Origin: Methanolinea sp.
GTDB lineage: Archaea; Halobacteriota; Methanomicrobia; Methanomicrobiales; Methanospirillaceae
Length of the DNA: 64,000 nucleotides
Direction of reading: 5' to 3'
NCBI GenBank assembly: GCA_018262855.1
Contig: JADFDO010000002.1
Coordinates: forward strand, 187,107 to 251,106
Numbering within the stretch: the first letter of the stretch is position 1; the number at the start of each line of letters is the position of its first letter. The position numbers were made by a program, and so were the translations under genes. Of this stretch, positions 10,812 through 20,398 are shown piece by piece. The notes under the pieces were generated by a model, which was not told where the DNA came from, did no database searches, and saw only the letters and a program-made list of their open reading frames with translations.

Positions 10812-11672
10812 ATGGTTGAGACCATGGAGCACAGAATCAGCGATGTTCCGGCCACAGCATTGGTCACGCTCTATTGCCATGCACTTGAATCACGGTCAAA
10901 AGATCCTGTCCTCGTAGATCCGAAGGCCGTCGAAATTGCGGCCGACCTGGACAGGACCCTCTCCCTCTCGAAAAACCGGCTTGACAGGATGCTCGCATCC
11001 GGCAGAATCGACAGGAACCTTGTCATCCACATCGCGCTCCGGGCACGACACTACGACGAATATGCACGGGAGTTCCTTACCCGGCACCCGGGCGGGGTGA
11101 TCGTGAATATTGGGTGCGGGCTCGATTCACGGTTCCTCCGGATCGACAATGGATCCGTGATCTTCTACGATCTTGATCTCCCTGAGATGATTGATCTGAA
11201 GAAGCGGTTCTTTCAGGAGACCGAACGGTATCATTTCATTGCATCCTCCGTCCTGGACTTACGCTGGATGGGGAGACTGTCCGGGCTGGAGGGGCCGTTT
11301 CTCTTCATGGCCGAAGGGGTATTCATGTACCTGGAAGCAGACAGCGTACGATCTCTTGTCCTGCAGATCCGGGAGACCTTTCCCGGCTCCGGGCTCATCT
11401 GCGAAGTGGTGAACTCGTTCTGGCTGAAAATGCCTCAAAAAGCACTCCTTGACTGGAAGATTCATGCCCGGGGTCACCTTGGCAAAAAAGCGGTGTTCCG
11501 GTCAGGTTTCCGGGATAGCCGGGAGATGGAAGCGTGGCATCCCGGAATCAGGCTCATCGGTGAATGGAGTTATTTCGATTCAAACGAAGAGAAACTTGGA
11601 TGGCAGCGGGTATTCCGGCACATCGGGTGGATCCGGAAGACCCAGTGGACGGTCCATTATCTGCTGCGGTGA
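10812..11672 (+). CDS. Class I SAM-dependent methyltransferase (TcmP / leucine-carboxyl-methyltransferase-like family)
   Basis: VIVNIGCGLDSRF motif I, and an N-terminal region (ALVTLYCHALESRSKDPVLVDPKA) typical of the TcmP-like O-methyltransferase family. Confidence 0.75.
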   Translation: MVETMEHRISDVPATALVTLYCHALESRSKDPVLVDPKAVEIAADLDRTLSLSKNRLDRMLASGRIDRNLVIHIALRARHYDEYAREFLTRHPGGVIVNIGCGLDSRFLRIDNGSVIFYDLDLPEMIDLKKRFFQETERYHFIASSVLDLRWMGRLSGLEGPFLFMAEGVFMYLEADSVRSLVLQIRETFPGSGLICEVVNSFWLKMPQKALLDWKIHARGHLGKKAVFRSGFRDSREMEAWHPGIRLIGEWSYFDSNEEKLGWQRVFRHIGWIRKTQWTVHYLLR

Positions 11673-11914
11673 CTGGTGCAATGGTTCGCAGGACACCATA
11701 CCCGTGGAAACGTATCAGATGCCGGGGAGATTCATCGATCAATGCATCAGGGCCATCCCGCTTTTTTTATAGTTCCCTGAACAGCACATCACGATATGGC
11801 AAGTATCGGATCTGACAATCAGCATAATCCTGAGGAACTGGTCCCGGTTGCCGGTGAAAAAGAGAAGGGATCTGGCCCATCATCCCCGGTCCGCTGAGAT
11901 CTCTGGCGGAGAGA

Positions 11915-12460
11915 TCAGAATGTGACGACCTTCGCCAGGTCCAGGTCGAAGATTTTCCTGTTTTTTATAAGCATGAACGGAGATGGATTGGACCGGTCGT
12001 GGCCGCAGTATGAAAGGGTCAGGAAGACCTGCATGATCCCTGACTTTATCCCCGTGATCTCGTCCTTTCTCATCGTGATTGCCAGGTTGTCGAGCATGAC
12101 CTTTGAGGTCACCTTAAACCAGTAGCGGGTGGTCCATACATCGAGTGCCCCCGACTTGACGACAAAATCAACATGCGGGTACAGGTCAGGCGGTTGCTGC
12201 TCACACTTTGCGTTGATCGTCTTCTCACCTTCTAACTCCTGCATCGTGACCTGGACAAGGCCATGGGTGATCTCCTTCGAGATCCGGGTTGAGAGTTCAT
12301 TGATCAACTGTTCCCTGGCACCTTTCTCACCAAGGCCTGTTTTGATCATCCAGGCACCAATTTCCCGGAAATCGTCCTTGTGGCTGTTGTTCACCAGGCT
12401 GTTCATTGCTTCATCGATCTCTTGTGAGGCCACGTTCGGGTCCTTTAGCTCAAGTTTCAT
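11915..12460 (-). CDS. Hypothetical cytosolic protein (181 aa), start overlaps the stop of the upstream PKD surface-protein gene
   Basis: ORF with a normal composition and no TM segment. 4-nt overlap (12457-12460) with the upstream gene. Confidence 0.55.
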   Translation of the reverse strand: MKLELKDPNVASQEIDEAMNSLVNNSHKDDFREIGAWMIKTGLGEKGAREQLINELSTRISKEITHGLVQVTMQELEGEKTINAKCEQQPPDLYPHVDFVVKSGALDVWTTRYWFKVTSKVMLDNLAITMRKDEITGIKSGIMQVFLTLSYCGHDRSNPSPFMLIKNRKIFDLDLAKVVTF

Positions 12461-14430
12461 CGTTCATCCTCCTCCTTCCAGATCCCTGACTTTATATTCA
12501 CCGAGATATCAGGGAGGTCATCTCTTGTTCTCTCATATCCGGCCGGATGTTCCACGCCACTGTCGACATCAACGTGCACCCCGGGGTCCGGGAAATGCCA
12601 GTCAGTGGGCAGTGGTTCCGGTGGTGCCGTCTTCTCCGGATGCCACAGGTACTTTCCGGCAACGACAGCACCTGCGAGAAGTCCGATCACAAGGATCGGG
12701 AATTCCCACGGGAACGGGGGATCAATCCTGACGGTTGCCCCTGCACTATCCGCAGCACCGCTCGGGTCTGTCACGGTCAGTGAGATCCGGTACGTCCCCT
12801 CTTTTCCGAAGAGATGCTCAACCCTGATCCCGGTTCCCGATTCCCCATCTCCGAAGTCCCATGAATAGGTCAGCTCGGTGTCATCAGGATCGCGGGACCC
12901 GGATCCATCGAAGGTGACTGATAGGGGCTTCTGGCCATGATCCGGTGAGACGGAGAGTGCCGCAATGGGCGGATCGTTTCCGACCGTGATGATAATCTCC
13001 CCGGTGTCACTCGCTCCCTTGTCATCAATGACCGTGAGGACTGCGGTATATGAACCCAGGTTCCTGTATTCGTGGGTAACATCTGCGGTCTGCTCACGGG
13101 AACCGTCTCCGAAATCCCAGGAATACGAGACGATTCTGCCGTCCGGATCGGTTGACTGCGAGCCATCGAAGGTGACCATGAGAGGATCAGAGCCTGATGT
13201 CGGGCTTGCATATGCCTTTGCAACAGGGAGCGTATTCTCTGCACGGATCGTCACAGATGCAGTCCCTGACTGCTTCTCGTTGTCTGTAACCGTCAGTGTC
13301 ACCCGGTACTCCCCGGGCCGGGAGTAGATGTGATCTGCAGTCACCCCGGTCGCTGAGGTGTCGTCCCCAAAATCCCAATGATACGATGTGATCGATCCGT
13401 CCTCGTCATAGGATCGCGTTCCGCTGAACTGAACCGAAAGCGGCGTTTTTCCTGACAGGGGCTGAGCATTGATGAGGGCATGCGGTGCCGTGTTTGTGAC
13501 GGTGAATGGTGTCTCTGCAAAATCCAGGGGACCGACAGCCCGGACGACGTAGCTTCCCGCAGCGGTCCCGGCAGGAACGGTGAACGAGGAGGTGAAAGAG
13601 CCAAGGGTTCCTTTCTTCGTCATCTGGATGTCCCTTGCCACCACAGCACCATTGAAGGAGAGTGTCGCCTCCCACTGGCTGTCATCGACATTCTCGAGGC
13701 TGAACGAGGTGCCGGTCACTGTCACCTGGGTGCCTGCCTTTCCTGATGAGGGGGAGAGCAGAAGGGCTGGGGTGTAGACGGTGACTGTGGAGGAGTCCGA
13801 GCTGCTGCCTGCAGCGTTTGAGACGGTCAGGGTCACGGTATAGGTGCCTGTCTGGGAATACGTGTGCACGGGATTCTTTTCGGACGACGTGCCCCCATCC
13901 CCGAAGGTCCACGACCACGAGGCAGGACTTTTTGTCGACCTGTCGGTGAAGTATACAGTAAGGGGTGCCCTGCCCATTCCGGACGAGGGGCTCATGGAGA
14001 AGTCTGCAACCGGGGGAGAGACCACCCTGAACGTGGTTGATGCCGAATCCCGCGGTCCCACTGCCGAAACCGTATAGGTGCCATCGGGAGTCTGGCCGGG
14101 CACCTGAAACGACGTCGAAAACCCGGTGCCGGAGAACCAGACGTTACTGGCGACCACTGCACCGTTGAAATACACCGATGCCTGCGGGAACTCGACTGCA
14201 TACAGGTCGAACGAGCTTCCCGTCACCGTCACCCAGATCCCGGCTTTTCCGGATGGTGGCGATACCGACAGGGTGGGCGCTGCCATTGCTGGAAGAACCA
14301 GCAGGCCGGCCAGGAGTATCACACTCACTATCTTCCATGTCAGAAATCGACGGAATCTTCCTGATCCGGTGCAACGCATCAGATCCCGGCACTGTCCAAA
14401 ATCCCTCTTTGGTCTATTCTCTCCCCCCAT
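12457..14430 (-). CDS. Cell-surface protein with 2 IPT/Ig-like repeats and 4 PKD domains, C-terminal TM anchor and a ~60-aa cytoplasmic tail
   Basis: Signal-anchor WKIVSVILLAGLLVLPAMAAP. Two repeats (SP[PS]SGKAG..VTVTG[ST]SF...NGAVVA...Y.V.AVGP). Four PKD signatures (WSWTFGDGG, YHWDFGDD, YSWDFGDGS, YSWDFGDGE). TM FPILVIGLLAGAVVAGKYLW. ATG 14430 has a GGGAGGG RBS; ATG 14379 is an alternative; the listed 14529 start is probably too long. Confidence 0.9.
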   Translation of the reverse strand: MGGENRPKRDFGQCRDLMRCTGSGRFRRFLTWKIVSVILLAGLLVLPAMAAPTLSVSPPSGKAGIWVTVTGSSFDLYAVEFPQASVYFNGAVVASNVWFSGTGFSTSFQVPGQTPDGTYTVSAVGPRDSASTTFRVVSPPVADFSMSPSSGMGRAPLTVYFTDRSTKSPASWSWTFGDGGTSSEKNPVHTYSQTGTYTVTLTVSNAAGSSSDSSTVTVYTPALLLSPSSGKAGTQVTVTGTSFSLENVDDSQWEATLSFNGAVVARDIQMTKKGTLGSFTSSFTVPAGTAAGSYVVRAVGPLDFAETPFTVTNTAPHALINAQPLSGKTPLSVQFSGTRSYDEDGSITSYHWDFGDDTSATGVTADHIYSRPGEYRVTLTVTDNEKQSGTASVTIRAENTLPVAKAYASPTSGSDPLMVTFDGSQSTDPDGRIVSYSWDFGDGSREQTADVTHEYRNLGSYTAVLTVIDDKGASDTGEIIITVGNDPPIAALSVSPDHGQKPLSVTFDGSGSRDPDDTELTYSWDFGDGESGTGIRVEHLFGKEGTYRISLTVTDPSGAADSAGATVRIDPPFPWEFPILVIGLLAGAVVAGKYLWHPEKTAPPEPLPTDWHFPDPGVHVDVDSGVEHPAGYERTRDDLPDISVNIKSGIWKEEDER

Positions 14431-14816
14431 CAAACCCTCCCGGGAAAAGACCTTTTGGACCGTGACGCAGCATTGGAGGGAGTGGGGACCTTTCCTCCCG
14501 CACATCCCTCCAGGAACACCCCCGGTCATCTACAAAGCTTCCCCAGAACAGGAGGTGATTTCTTGGGGGGAATGATAAATCATGTGCTTCTCGGGATCGT
14601 GAACACGACACGGTGTCACCTATGGAATCCTGTGGCGATTCTGGAATAATTGGGACGGTGTTGGCTGTCACTTAGAATTCTTTTGCAGGAATGATCAACC
14701 GGTATTGTATCTATGAACTGGCTGGTAATGCCATACGCTTCTGAAGGATTAATATCAGGGAGGATAATCACTCCCTCAGGAAGTGAGCCTGCCTCTCTCT
14801 CTTCAGACGGTGTTGC

Positions 14817-16349
14817 ATGAAACGAGTCCCGCCAGCCATCATCCTTGTCCTGATCGCAGCCGCCATGCTGGGAGCAGGCTGCATCTCGCAAGAAACGAAA
14901 ACCGACGCAGTATCCGGGGCTGATGCCCTCTTCCTGAAGGGTGAGGCGGAGTTCCAGAAGCAGAACCTCCATGCCGCTGCCGAACTCTTCACCCGAGCTC
15001 AAGAGGCGTATATGGCCTCTGGGAACCTCTCTGCCTCCAGACACGCCCGGGACCGGGCCACCGTCGCACAGAGCCTGGTGCTCCAGTATCCCTTTAACCG
15101 TTCGCAGATCGAGGCGATCATCAATGAACGATTCCCCACCATATCCGCTGACCGGAAGGCCTCCTGGCTCACCCCTGTCAACAGAATGAGTATCCAGAGC
15201 GATGGAGAAACCTGGTACATGGATCGGACGGTAAACAATATCCTGTATCACAATATGGACCTCATGCGGGAGAGTACAAGAATAAAGGGTGATACCCCCT
15301 TCTACGACCAGATGGTGCCCTATGCCTTTGCACCTGCAATGCCAGAAAGGGGCATTTACCGAGATCCGGTACTCTGGGAAGGCACCGAGACCCTCAATAT
15401 CCCCCGAGAACATCTTCCGAAGACCGGTACCTTCCGCGTCTGGGTACCCCTGCCCGTTGAAACCGATTCGCAGAAGAATGTCACCATTCTCTCACTCGAG
15501 CCAGCCCGGTATCTTACGTCGACGACCGGTACCAATGCTGACATTGGGATTGCCTATTTCGAGGTACCGCTTGATCAGGTATCCGGCAGCCATCTCAATA
15601 TTACCGCGAAGTTCCGCTTTACCCAGTATGAGCAGCGGTATGTGATCGATCCGGAGAAGGTCGGGACGTATAACACGAGCGACCCAGAATACATCAGGTA
15701 TACTGCAGCGAGCAGAAACATTGCGCTCACCCCGGGGCTGAACGCGGAAGCGGAAAGGATTGTCGGGAACGAGACCAACCCCTACCGGAAGGCTCAGAAG
15801 ATCTACTGGCATGTCATCGGCATGCCGTACAGCTCCCTATCGTACGCGAGGTTGCTTGCACACGACAGCAGCAACCAGCCAATATCCGAATATGTCCGCA
15901 CCACTGGCTGGGGTGACTGCGGAGCGCAGAGCGCGTACTTCGCAGCCCTCTGTCGGGCTTCCGGCATCCCCGCCCGTGCCATCGGCGGCCGGCAGATGAT
16001 CCCCGGCTACGGGGGCGGGCATTTCTGGTCCGAGTACTACCTTCCCGGGTATGGGTGGATACCGAACGATGTCACGATTGCTGAGGGGGCGGATTGGTCC
16101 TTCAACGCAACCGATGCCGACCGGCAGCGCTACAAGGCATACTATGGGGAAAACCTTGACCCGTACCGGTACATCATCCAGAAGGATGTCGATATCCCGC
16201 TTATACCTGAGATCAACGATGTGACGACACAGGACTTTACCTTCCAGGCTGCGAGGGCGATCTGCGATACCTGCCCTACTGATCCGATCTTCTGGCTATC
16301 CGACTACGAACAGGTCACGATGGTACTGGTCGGAGGGCCTGGAGATTAA
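14817..16349 (+). CDS. Transglutaminase-like (Cys-His-Asp core) secreted protein with lipobox-type signal peptide
   Basis: MKRVPPAIILVLIAAAMLGAGC signal. GWGDCGAQSAYFAALCRASGIPAR...GGHFWSEYYLPGYGWIPNDVT matches the transglutaminase-core Cys/His/Asp arrangement. Confidence 0.85.
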   Translation: MKRVPPAIILVLIAAAMLGAGCISQETKTDAVSGADALFLKGEAEFQKQNLHAAAELFTRAQEAYMASGNLSASRHARDRATVAQSLVLQYPFNRSQIEAIINERFPTISADRKASWLTPVNRMSIQSDGETWYMDRTVNNILYHNMDLMRESTRIKGDTPFYDQMVPYAFAPAMPERGIYRDPVLWEGTETLNIPREHLPKTGTFRVWVPLPVETDSQKNVTILSLEPARYLTSTTGTNADIGIAYFEVPLDQVSGSHLNITAKFRFTQYEQRYVIDPEKVGTYNTSDPEYIRYTAASRNIALTPGLNAEAERIVGNETNPYRKAQKIYWHVIGMPYSSLSYARLLAHDSSNQPISEYVRTTGWGDCGAQSAYFAALCRASGIPARAIGGRQMIPGYGGGHFWSEYYLPGYGWIPNDVTIAEGADWSFNATDADRQRYKAYYGENLDPYRYIIQKDVDIPLIPEINDVTTQDFTFQAARAICDTCPTDPIFWLSDYEQVTMVLVGGPGD

Positions 16350-16353
16350 TTTT

Positions 16354-16653
16354 GGGTATAGTATCATTATTACCCCCAATCTCGCAGGAGAGTCAGGACG
16401 AGAATTTGAAGAAAAATGCTTCATGAAAATCAAGGTAAAAAAAGTACAGGTTCTGGATTTCACATATGATGTGCGATTGACCCCGCCGCCCCCGACGGAC
16501 GCCCCGGCGGCGGTTCAAATTCTTTTTTAATTTTTCCAATTAGAACGAGAAAATCATCTTAAATTCTTAAAAAAAGCACTAATACAAACCTAAATCACTG
16601 GCATTCCTTGCACGATTTACAAAAATTTTAGGGGCCAGAGTGCTACTATACCC
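16354..16653. repeat. AT-rich ~300-bp noncoding segment bounded by inverted repeats (GGGTATAGTA / TACTATACCC), MITE-like
   Basis: GGGTATAGTA at 16354-16363 and its exact reverse complement at 16644-16653. Flanks extend the match to about 14 of 16 nt. The interior is AT-rich and non-coding. Confidence 0.35.
16483..16528 (+). terminator. GC hairpin (CCGCCGCC-15 nt-GGCGGCGG) followed by a T6 run
   Basis: 8-bp perfect stem at 16483-16490 / 16506-16513, T-run at 16523-16528, located downstream of the transglutaminase-like gene. Confidence 0.4.
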
Positions 16654-16987
16654 TAATTTTTATTGGAATAAGATTGATTTTCAGGATTTTCAGAGACCGG
16701 AATAATCAGGTGACTGGAAGGCGCCTGAAAAAACATCGAGTCAGGGATACTCCACTACAGCCGCCTGACCACCTGGTTTTCAAGCCCTGCCACAAAAACA
16801 CTCAAACGGATATCGTATCTGTTCATTCCAGACACCTTGGACTCCGTCAACGCGGGTGCAGAACAATTGCACAAGGGCGGACATTCATATCAAAAACGCT
16901 ATTCGATGACTTTTCCTAATAGCTGAAGCAGGAGAAGAAGGGATCGGCTGGCGCCCTTTAGAGACGCCTTGAGACCGGAGTTCCACC

Positions 16988-18463
16988 ATGAATCCGCAGG
17001 AGGAGATACAACGCGAGGAGACGCTCGACCCGGGCGACTGGGAGTCGATGCGTGCCCTCGGCCATCGTATTGTCGACGACGCAATGGACTATCTCGAGAC
17101 ACTCCGGGAACGCCCGGTCTGGCAGCATGCGCCCGGCAGCGTGAAAGAGCACTTTGAGGGGCCTCCACCTGCCGGCCCCATGCCGCCTGGAGAAGTGTAC
17201 GAAGAATACCTCCGGTACATCCTCCCCCACCAGCTGGGCAACGCCCACCCGAGATACTGGGGCTGGGTCACCGGGTCGGGGACCGTGATGGGGATGTACG
17301 CCGAGATGCTGGCGGCCGCAACCGACGCGGTCAGCGGAGCCTTCTCCTACATGAGCAACAACTACGTCGAGCAGCAGGTGCTCGACTGGTGCAAGGACCT
17401 CCTCGGCTATCCCCGGGCTGCAAGCGGTCTCCTTACGAGCGGCTGCTCCGCATCGAACCTTATCGGCCTCGCGGTTGCGAGGAACACGATGGCGGGATAC
17501 GACGTGCGGGGGAAGGGAATGGCAAACCCTGCACCCCGGATGACCCTCTACTGTTCGGAGGAGGCGCATTCCTCGATTGACAAGGCGGTCGAACTCCTCG
17601 GCTTCGGGAGCGAATCGCTGCGAAGGGTCCCTGTCGACGGGTCGCTCCGGATCGATACCGCAGCCCTGAAAGAGGCGATCCGCCGTGACCGGGAGAACGG
17701 GTGCCACCCGGTCTGCATCATCGGTGTCGCCGGGACGACGAACACCGGCGCCATTGACGACATGCATGCACTTGCTGATATTGCCACACAAGAGCGGTGC
17801 TGGTTTCACGTCGACGGGGCGTTCGGTGCATGGGCGGCGATCTCCCCCCGGTCAAAGCACCTCGTCGCAGGGATGGAGCGGGCGGATTCGCTCGCGTTCG
17901 ACCTCCATAAGTGGATGTATCTCGCGTACCCGATCGGCTGCATCCTCGTGCGGAACGCAGACGACCACCGCAGGGCGTTCTCACTGACCCCGACCTATCT
18001 TGCACATGGTGAGGGAGACCGCGGGTTGACAGGAGTGGACGTGCCGTGGCTCTCAGACTACGGGTTCGAGCTCTCCCGCGGCTTTCACGCACTCAAGGCC
18101 TGGATGACCTTCAAGGAGCATGGGACTGAAAAATACGGGCGGCTCATCCAGCAGAACATCGACCAGGCGCACTACCTTGCCCGGTTGGTTGAGGCCGCCC
18201 CGGACCTCGAACTGGCGCTGCCGGTCTCCCTGAACGTCGTCAACTTCCGCTTCACCCGGCCGGGTATTCCAAACGCGAGGCTCAACGAAGTGAACAAGAA
18301 GATCGAGATCGAGATCCAGGAGCAGGGGATCGCGGTGCCTTCGACCGTACGCATCGGGGAGAGGGTTTTCCTGCACGTTGCGGTCACCAACCATCGCAGC
18401 CGCAAAGAGGACTTCGATCTCCTCGTCAGTGAAGTGATCAGGATCGGGCACGAGCTGGTCTGA
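16988..18463 (+). CDS. Group II pyridoxal-phosphate-dependent amino-acid decarboxylase (aromatic/glutamate decarboxylase-like, 491 aa)
   Basis: SLAFDLHKWMY (PLP-lysine motif), GCSASNL, HVDGAFGAW. Length and N-terminal region resemble DDC-type enzymes. Confidence 0.85.
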   Translation: MNPQEEIQREETLDPGDWESMRALGHRIVDDAMDYLETLRERPVWQHAPGSVKEHFEGPPPAGPMPPGEVYEEYLRYILPHQLGNAHPRYWGWVTGSGTVMGMYAEMLAAATDAVSGAFSYMSNNYVEQQVLDWCKDLLGYPRAASGLLTSGCSASNLIGLAVARNTMAGYDVRGKGMANPAPRMTLYCSEEAHSSIDKAVELLGFGSESLRRVPVDGSLRIDTAALKEAIRRDRENGCHPVCIIGVAGTTNTGAIDDMHALADIATQERCWFHVDGAFGAWAAISPRSKHLVAGMERADSLAFDLHKWMYLAYPIGCILVRNADDHRRAFSLTPTYLAHGEGDRGLTGVDVPWLSDYGFELSRGFHALKAWMTFKEHGTEKYGRLIQQNIDQAHYLARLVEAAPDLELALPVSLNVVNFRFTRPGIPNARLNEVNKKIEIEIQEQGIAVPSTVRIGERVFLHVAVTNHRSRKEDFDLLVSEVIRIGHELV

Positions 18464-18734
18464 AAGGAGCATCCTTCCGGAAGTATCCTCAAGGGCATCT
18501 GTGCCAGGTCATAGATCCCCCGGTCATGGAGTTCGAATCCCTCTATCACACTCTCAGCATGGTGGCAAATACGACTCATCAGGTCCTGGAATAGTGCGCG
18601 ATCTCTCCTTTTTCTGGCGAGTTAAGTACTTTTGTCTTCAGACATTCATTAATAGGTCAATTGTGTTAAATTGATTAAAAACAGAATAAAAATAAAATAC
18701 TTTAATATCATTCATTTTTTCCATTTTTATTCCT

Positions 18735-19574
18735 ATGAAATTTTTAAATCTTACTGCTCTCTTAATGGCGGCTGTACTGCTCGCTGCACTCATTGTTGCC
18801 GGTTGTACCACCGGACCATCCCAGCCTGCAGCGACACCGACTCCCACTGCGGTCCAGCAGAAAGAATTGACAGTGTTTGCTGCCGCATCGCTGACTGGCG
18901 TGGTCACTGAAATCGCCCACGACTATGAGCTGCTCCATCCTGGCGTCAAGGTGGTCACCAATTTTGACGGGTCCCAGGCGCTGCGAACGCAGATCGAGCA
19001 GGGAGCATATGCCGATGTGTTTCTTTCCGCGAACACCAAACACATGAATGCACTCCGTGATAAGGGGCTCATGGAGAATGCCTCCATCGGGCTGTTTGTA
19101 AAGAACAAACTCGCAGTCATCACCCCTGCATCCAACCCCGCGAATATTCACACGCTCCAGAATCTCTCCAACCCCGGTGTCCGGCTCGTAATCGGTACGA
19201 AGGACGTCCCTGTCGGAGATTATGCCCGCCAGATCCTCACGAAGATGGCCAATGATACCGCATATGGGCCCTCCTACCAGCAGGCTGTGCTGAAAAACGT
19301 CATCTCGGAAGAGACTACCGTGACTGCCGTGGTTGCAAAAGTCCAGCTCGGTGAAGCTGATGCCGGCATCGTCTACGAATCGGATATCACCCCGGAGAAT
19401 CGTAATAAGTTCATGATCATTGCGATTCCTGACAAGTTCAATGTCATCGCAGAGTACCCGGCCGGAATCGTCAAGGATTCCCGGAATAAAGACGAGGCAT
19501 CCAGGTTCATTGACTACTTGAAGAGCGATCCCGGGAGGGCAACCCTTGTGAAGTTCGGGTTCGCGATGCCGTGA
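18735..19574 (+). CDS. modA: Molybdate ABC transporter substrate-binding protein (lipobox-type signal)
   Basis: LTVFAAASLTGV...VVTNFDGSQALRTQIEQGAYADVFLSAN...GEADAGIVYESD. Signal LLAALIVAGC. Followed by a permease and an ATPase. Confidence 0.85.
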   Translation: MKFLNLTALLMAAVLLAALIVAGCTTGPSQPAATPTPTAVQQKELTVFAAASLTGVVTEIAHDYELLHPGVKVVTNFDGSQALRTQIEQGAYADVFLSANTKHMNALRDKGLMENASIGLFVKNKLAVITPASNPANIHTLQNLSNPGVRLVIGTKDVPVGDYARQILTKMANDTAYGPSYQQAVLKNVISEETTVTAVVAKVQLGEADAGIVYESDITPENRNKFMIIAIPDKFNVIAEYPAGIVKDSRNKDEASRFIDYLKSDPGRATLVKFGFAMP

Positions 19575-20398
19575 ACAAAAAAGACATGAATGCAGGAAAA
19601 AGGAATTTCCTGGAGAGGAAAGGCCTTTTTCTCTACCTTGGAGGAGGGGCACTCTTAACCCTCGTCCTCATTTTCATTGTCACCCCCATCATCAGTCTCT
19701 TCCTTCGTATTACCCCTGAGGAGTTTCTCTCTTCCCTCTCCAGCCCTGTGGTATGGAATGCACTGACACTGAGCCTCATCACCGCGAGTCTTTCGACGCT
19801 TGTTATCATTCTCATCGGAACCCCCGTGGCATGGATCAATGCCCGGCATCGGTATCCCGGCAGGGAGATTGTCGATACCCTGATCGATCTCCCGCTTGTG
19901 CTCCCCCCGACTGTCGCAGGCCTCGCCCTGCTCATGGCATTTGGCAGGATGGGGCTCATCGGTAATTTTTTTTACCAGTTCGGGATCAGTATCGCATTTA
20001 CCACGCTTGCGGTTCTCATCGCCCAGGTGTTCGTATCGCTCCCCTTTTATATCCGGCAGGCCCGTGCCAGTTTCGAGCAGCTTGATACGATGTATGAAAA
20101 TGCGGCTCGCACGCTTGGATCAACTGCGGTGCCTACCTTTGTCACCATCATCCTTCCCCTTGTGAAAACGGGCCTGATTGCGGGAGCAATCATGTCATTT
20201 GCACGGGCTCTTGGAGAATTCGGGGCAACCATCATGTTTGCCGGAAATTTCCAGGGCCGAACACAGACAATGCCCCTTGCGATCTACACCGCGATGCAGG
20301 GTGACCTTATCGCGTCAATCACGCTCTCTGTGATCCTCATCCTGATCTCGTTCATCGTGATTGCACTCGTAAAGCTGAAGCTCAAGGGGGATGCATGA
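19571..20398 (+). CDS. modB: Molybdate ABC transporter permease
   Basis: Polytopic protein with the EAA-type loop (YENAARTLGSTAVPTFVTIILPL...ARALGEFGAT). 4-nt overlaps with both modA and modC. Confidence 0.85.
   Translation: MNKKDMNAGKRNFLERKGLFLYLGGGALLTLVLIFIVTPIISLFLRITPEEFLSSLSSPVVWNALTLSLITASLSTLVIILIGTPVAWINARHRYPGREIVDTLIDLPLVLPPTVAGLALLMAFGRMGLIGNFFYQFGISIAFTTLAVLIAQVFVSLPFYIRQARASFEQLDTMYENAARTLGSTAVPTFVTIILPLVKTGLIAGAIMSFARALGEFGATIMFAGNFQGRTQTMPLAIYTAMQGDLIASITLSVILILISFIVIALVKLKLKGDA

Noticed and set aside
16506-16522. GGCGGTTCAAATTC resembling a T-loop
   Set aside because: It is the 3' arm of the CCGCCGCC/GGCGGCGG hairpin plus a T-run, with no cloverleaf context. Treated as a terminator-like hairpin instead.
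16958-17809. 283-aa minus-strand ORF overlapping the PLP decarboxylase
   Set aside because: Shadow ORF. The plus strand contains the PLP-lysine motif and a full-length decarboxylase.
18507-18530. tRNA-like T-arm sequence GGAGTTCGAATCCCTC downstream of the decarboxylase gene
   Set aside because: The flanking bases do not form a 5-bp T stem (TGGAG cannot pair with CCCTC), and no acceptor, D or anticodon arms can be drawn. At most it is a degraded fragment.
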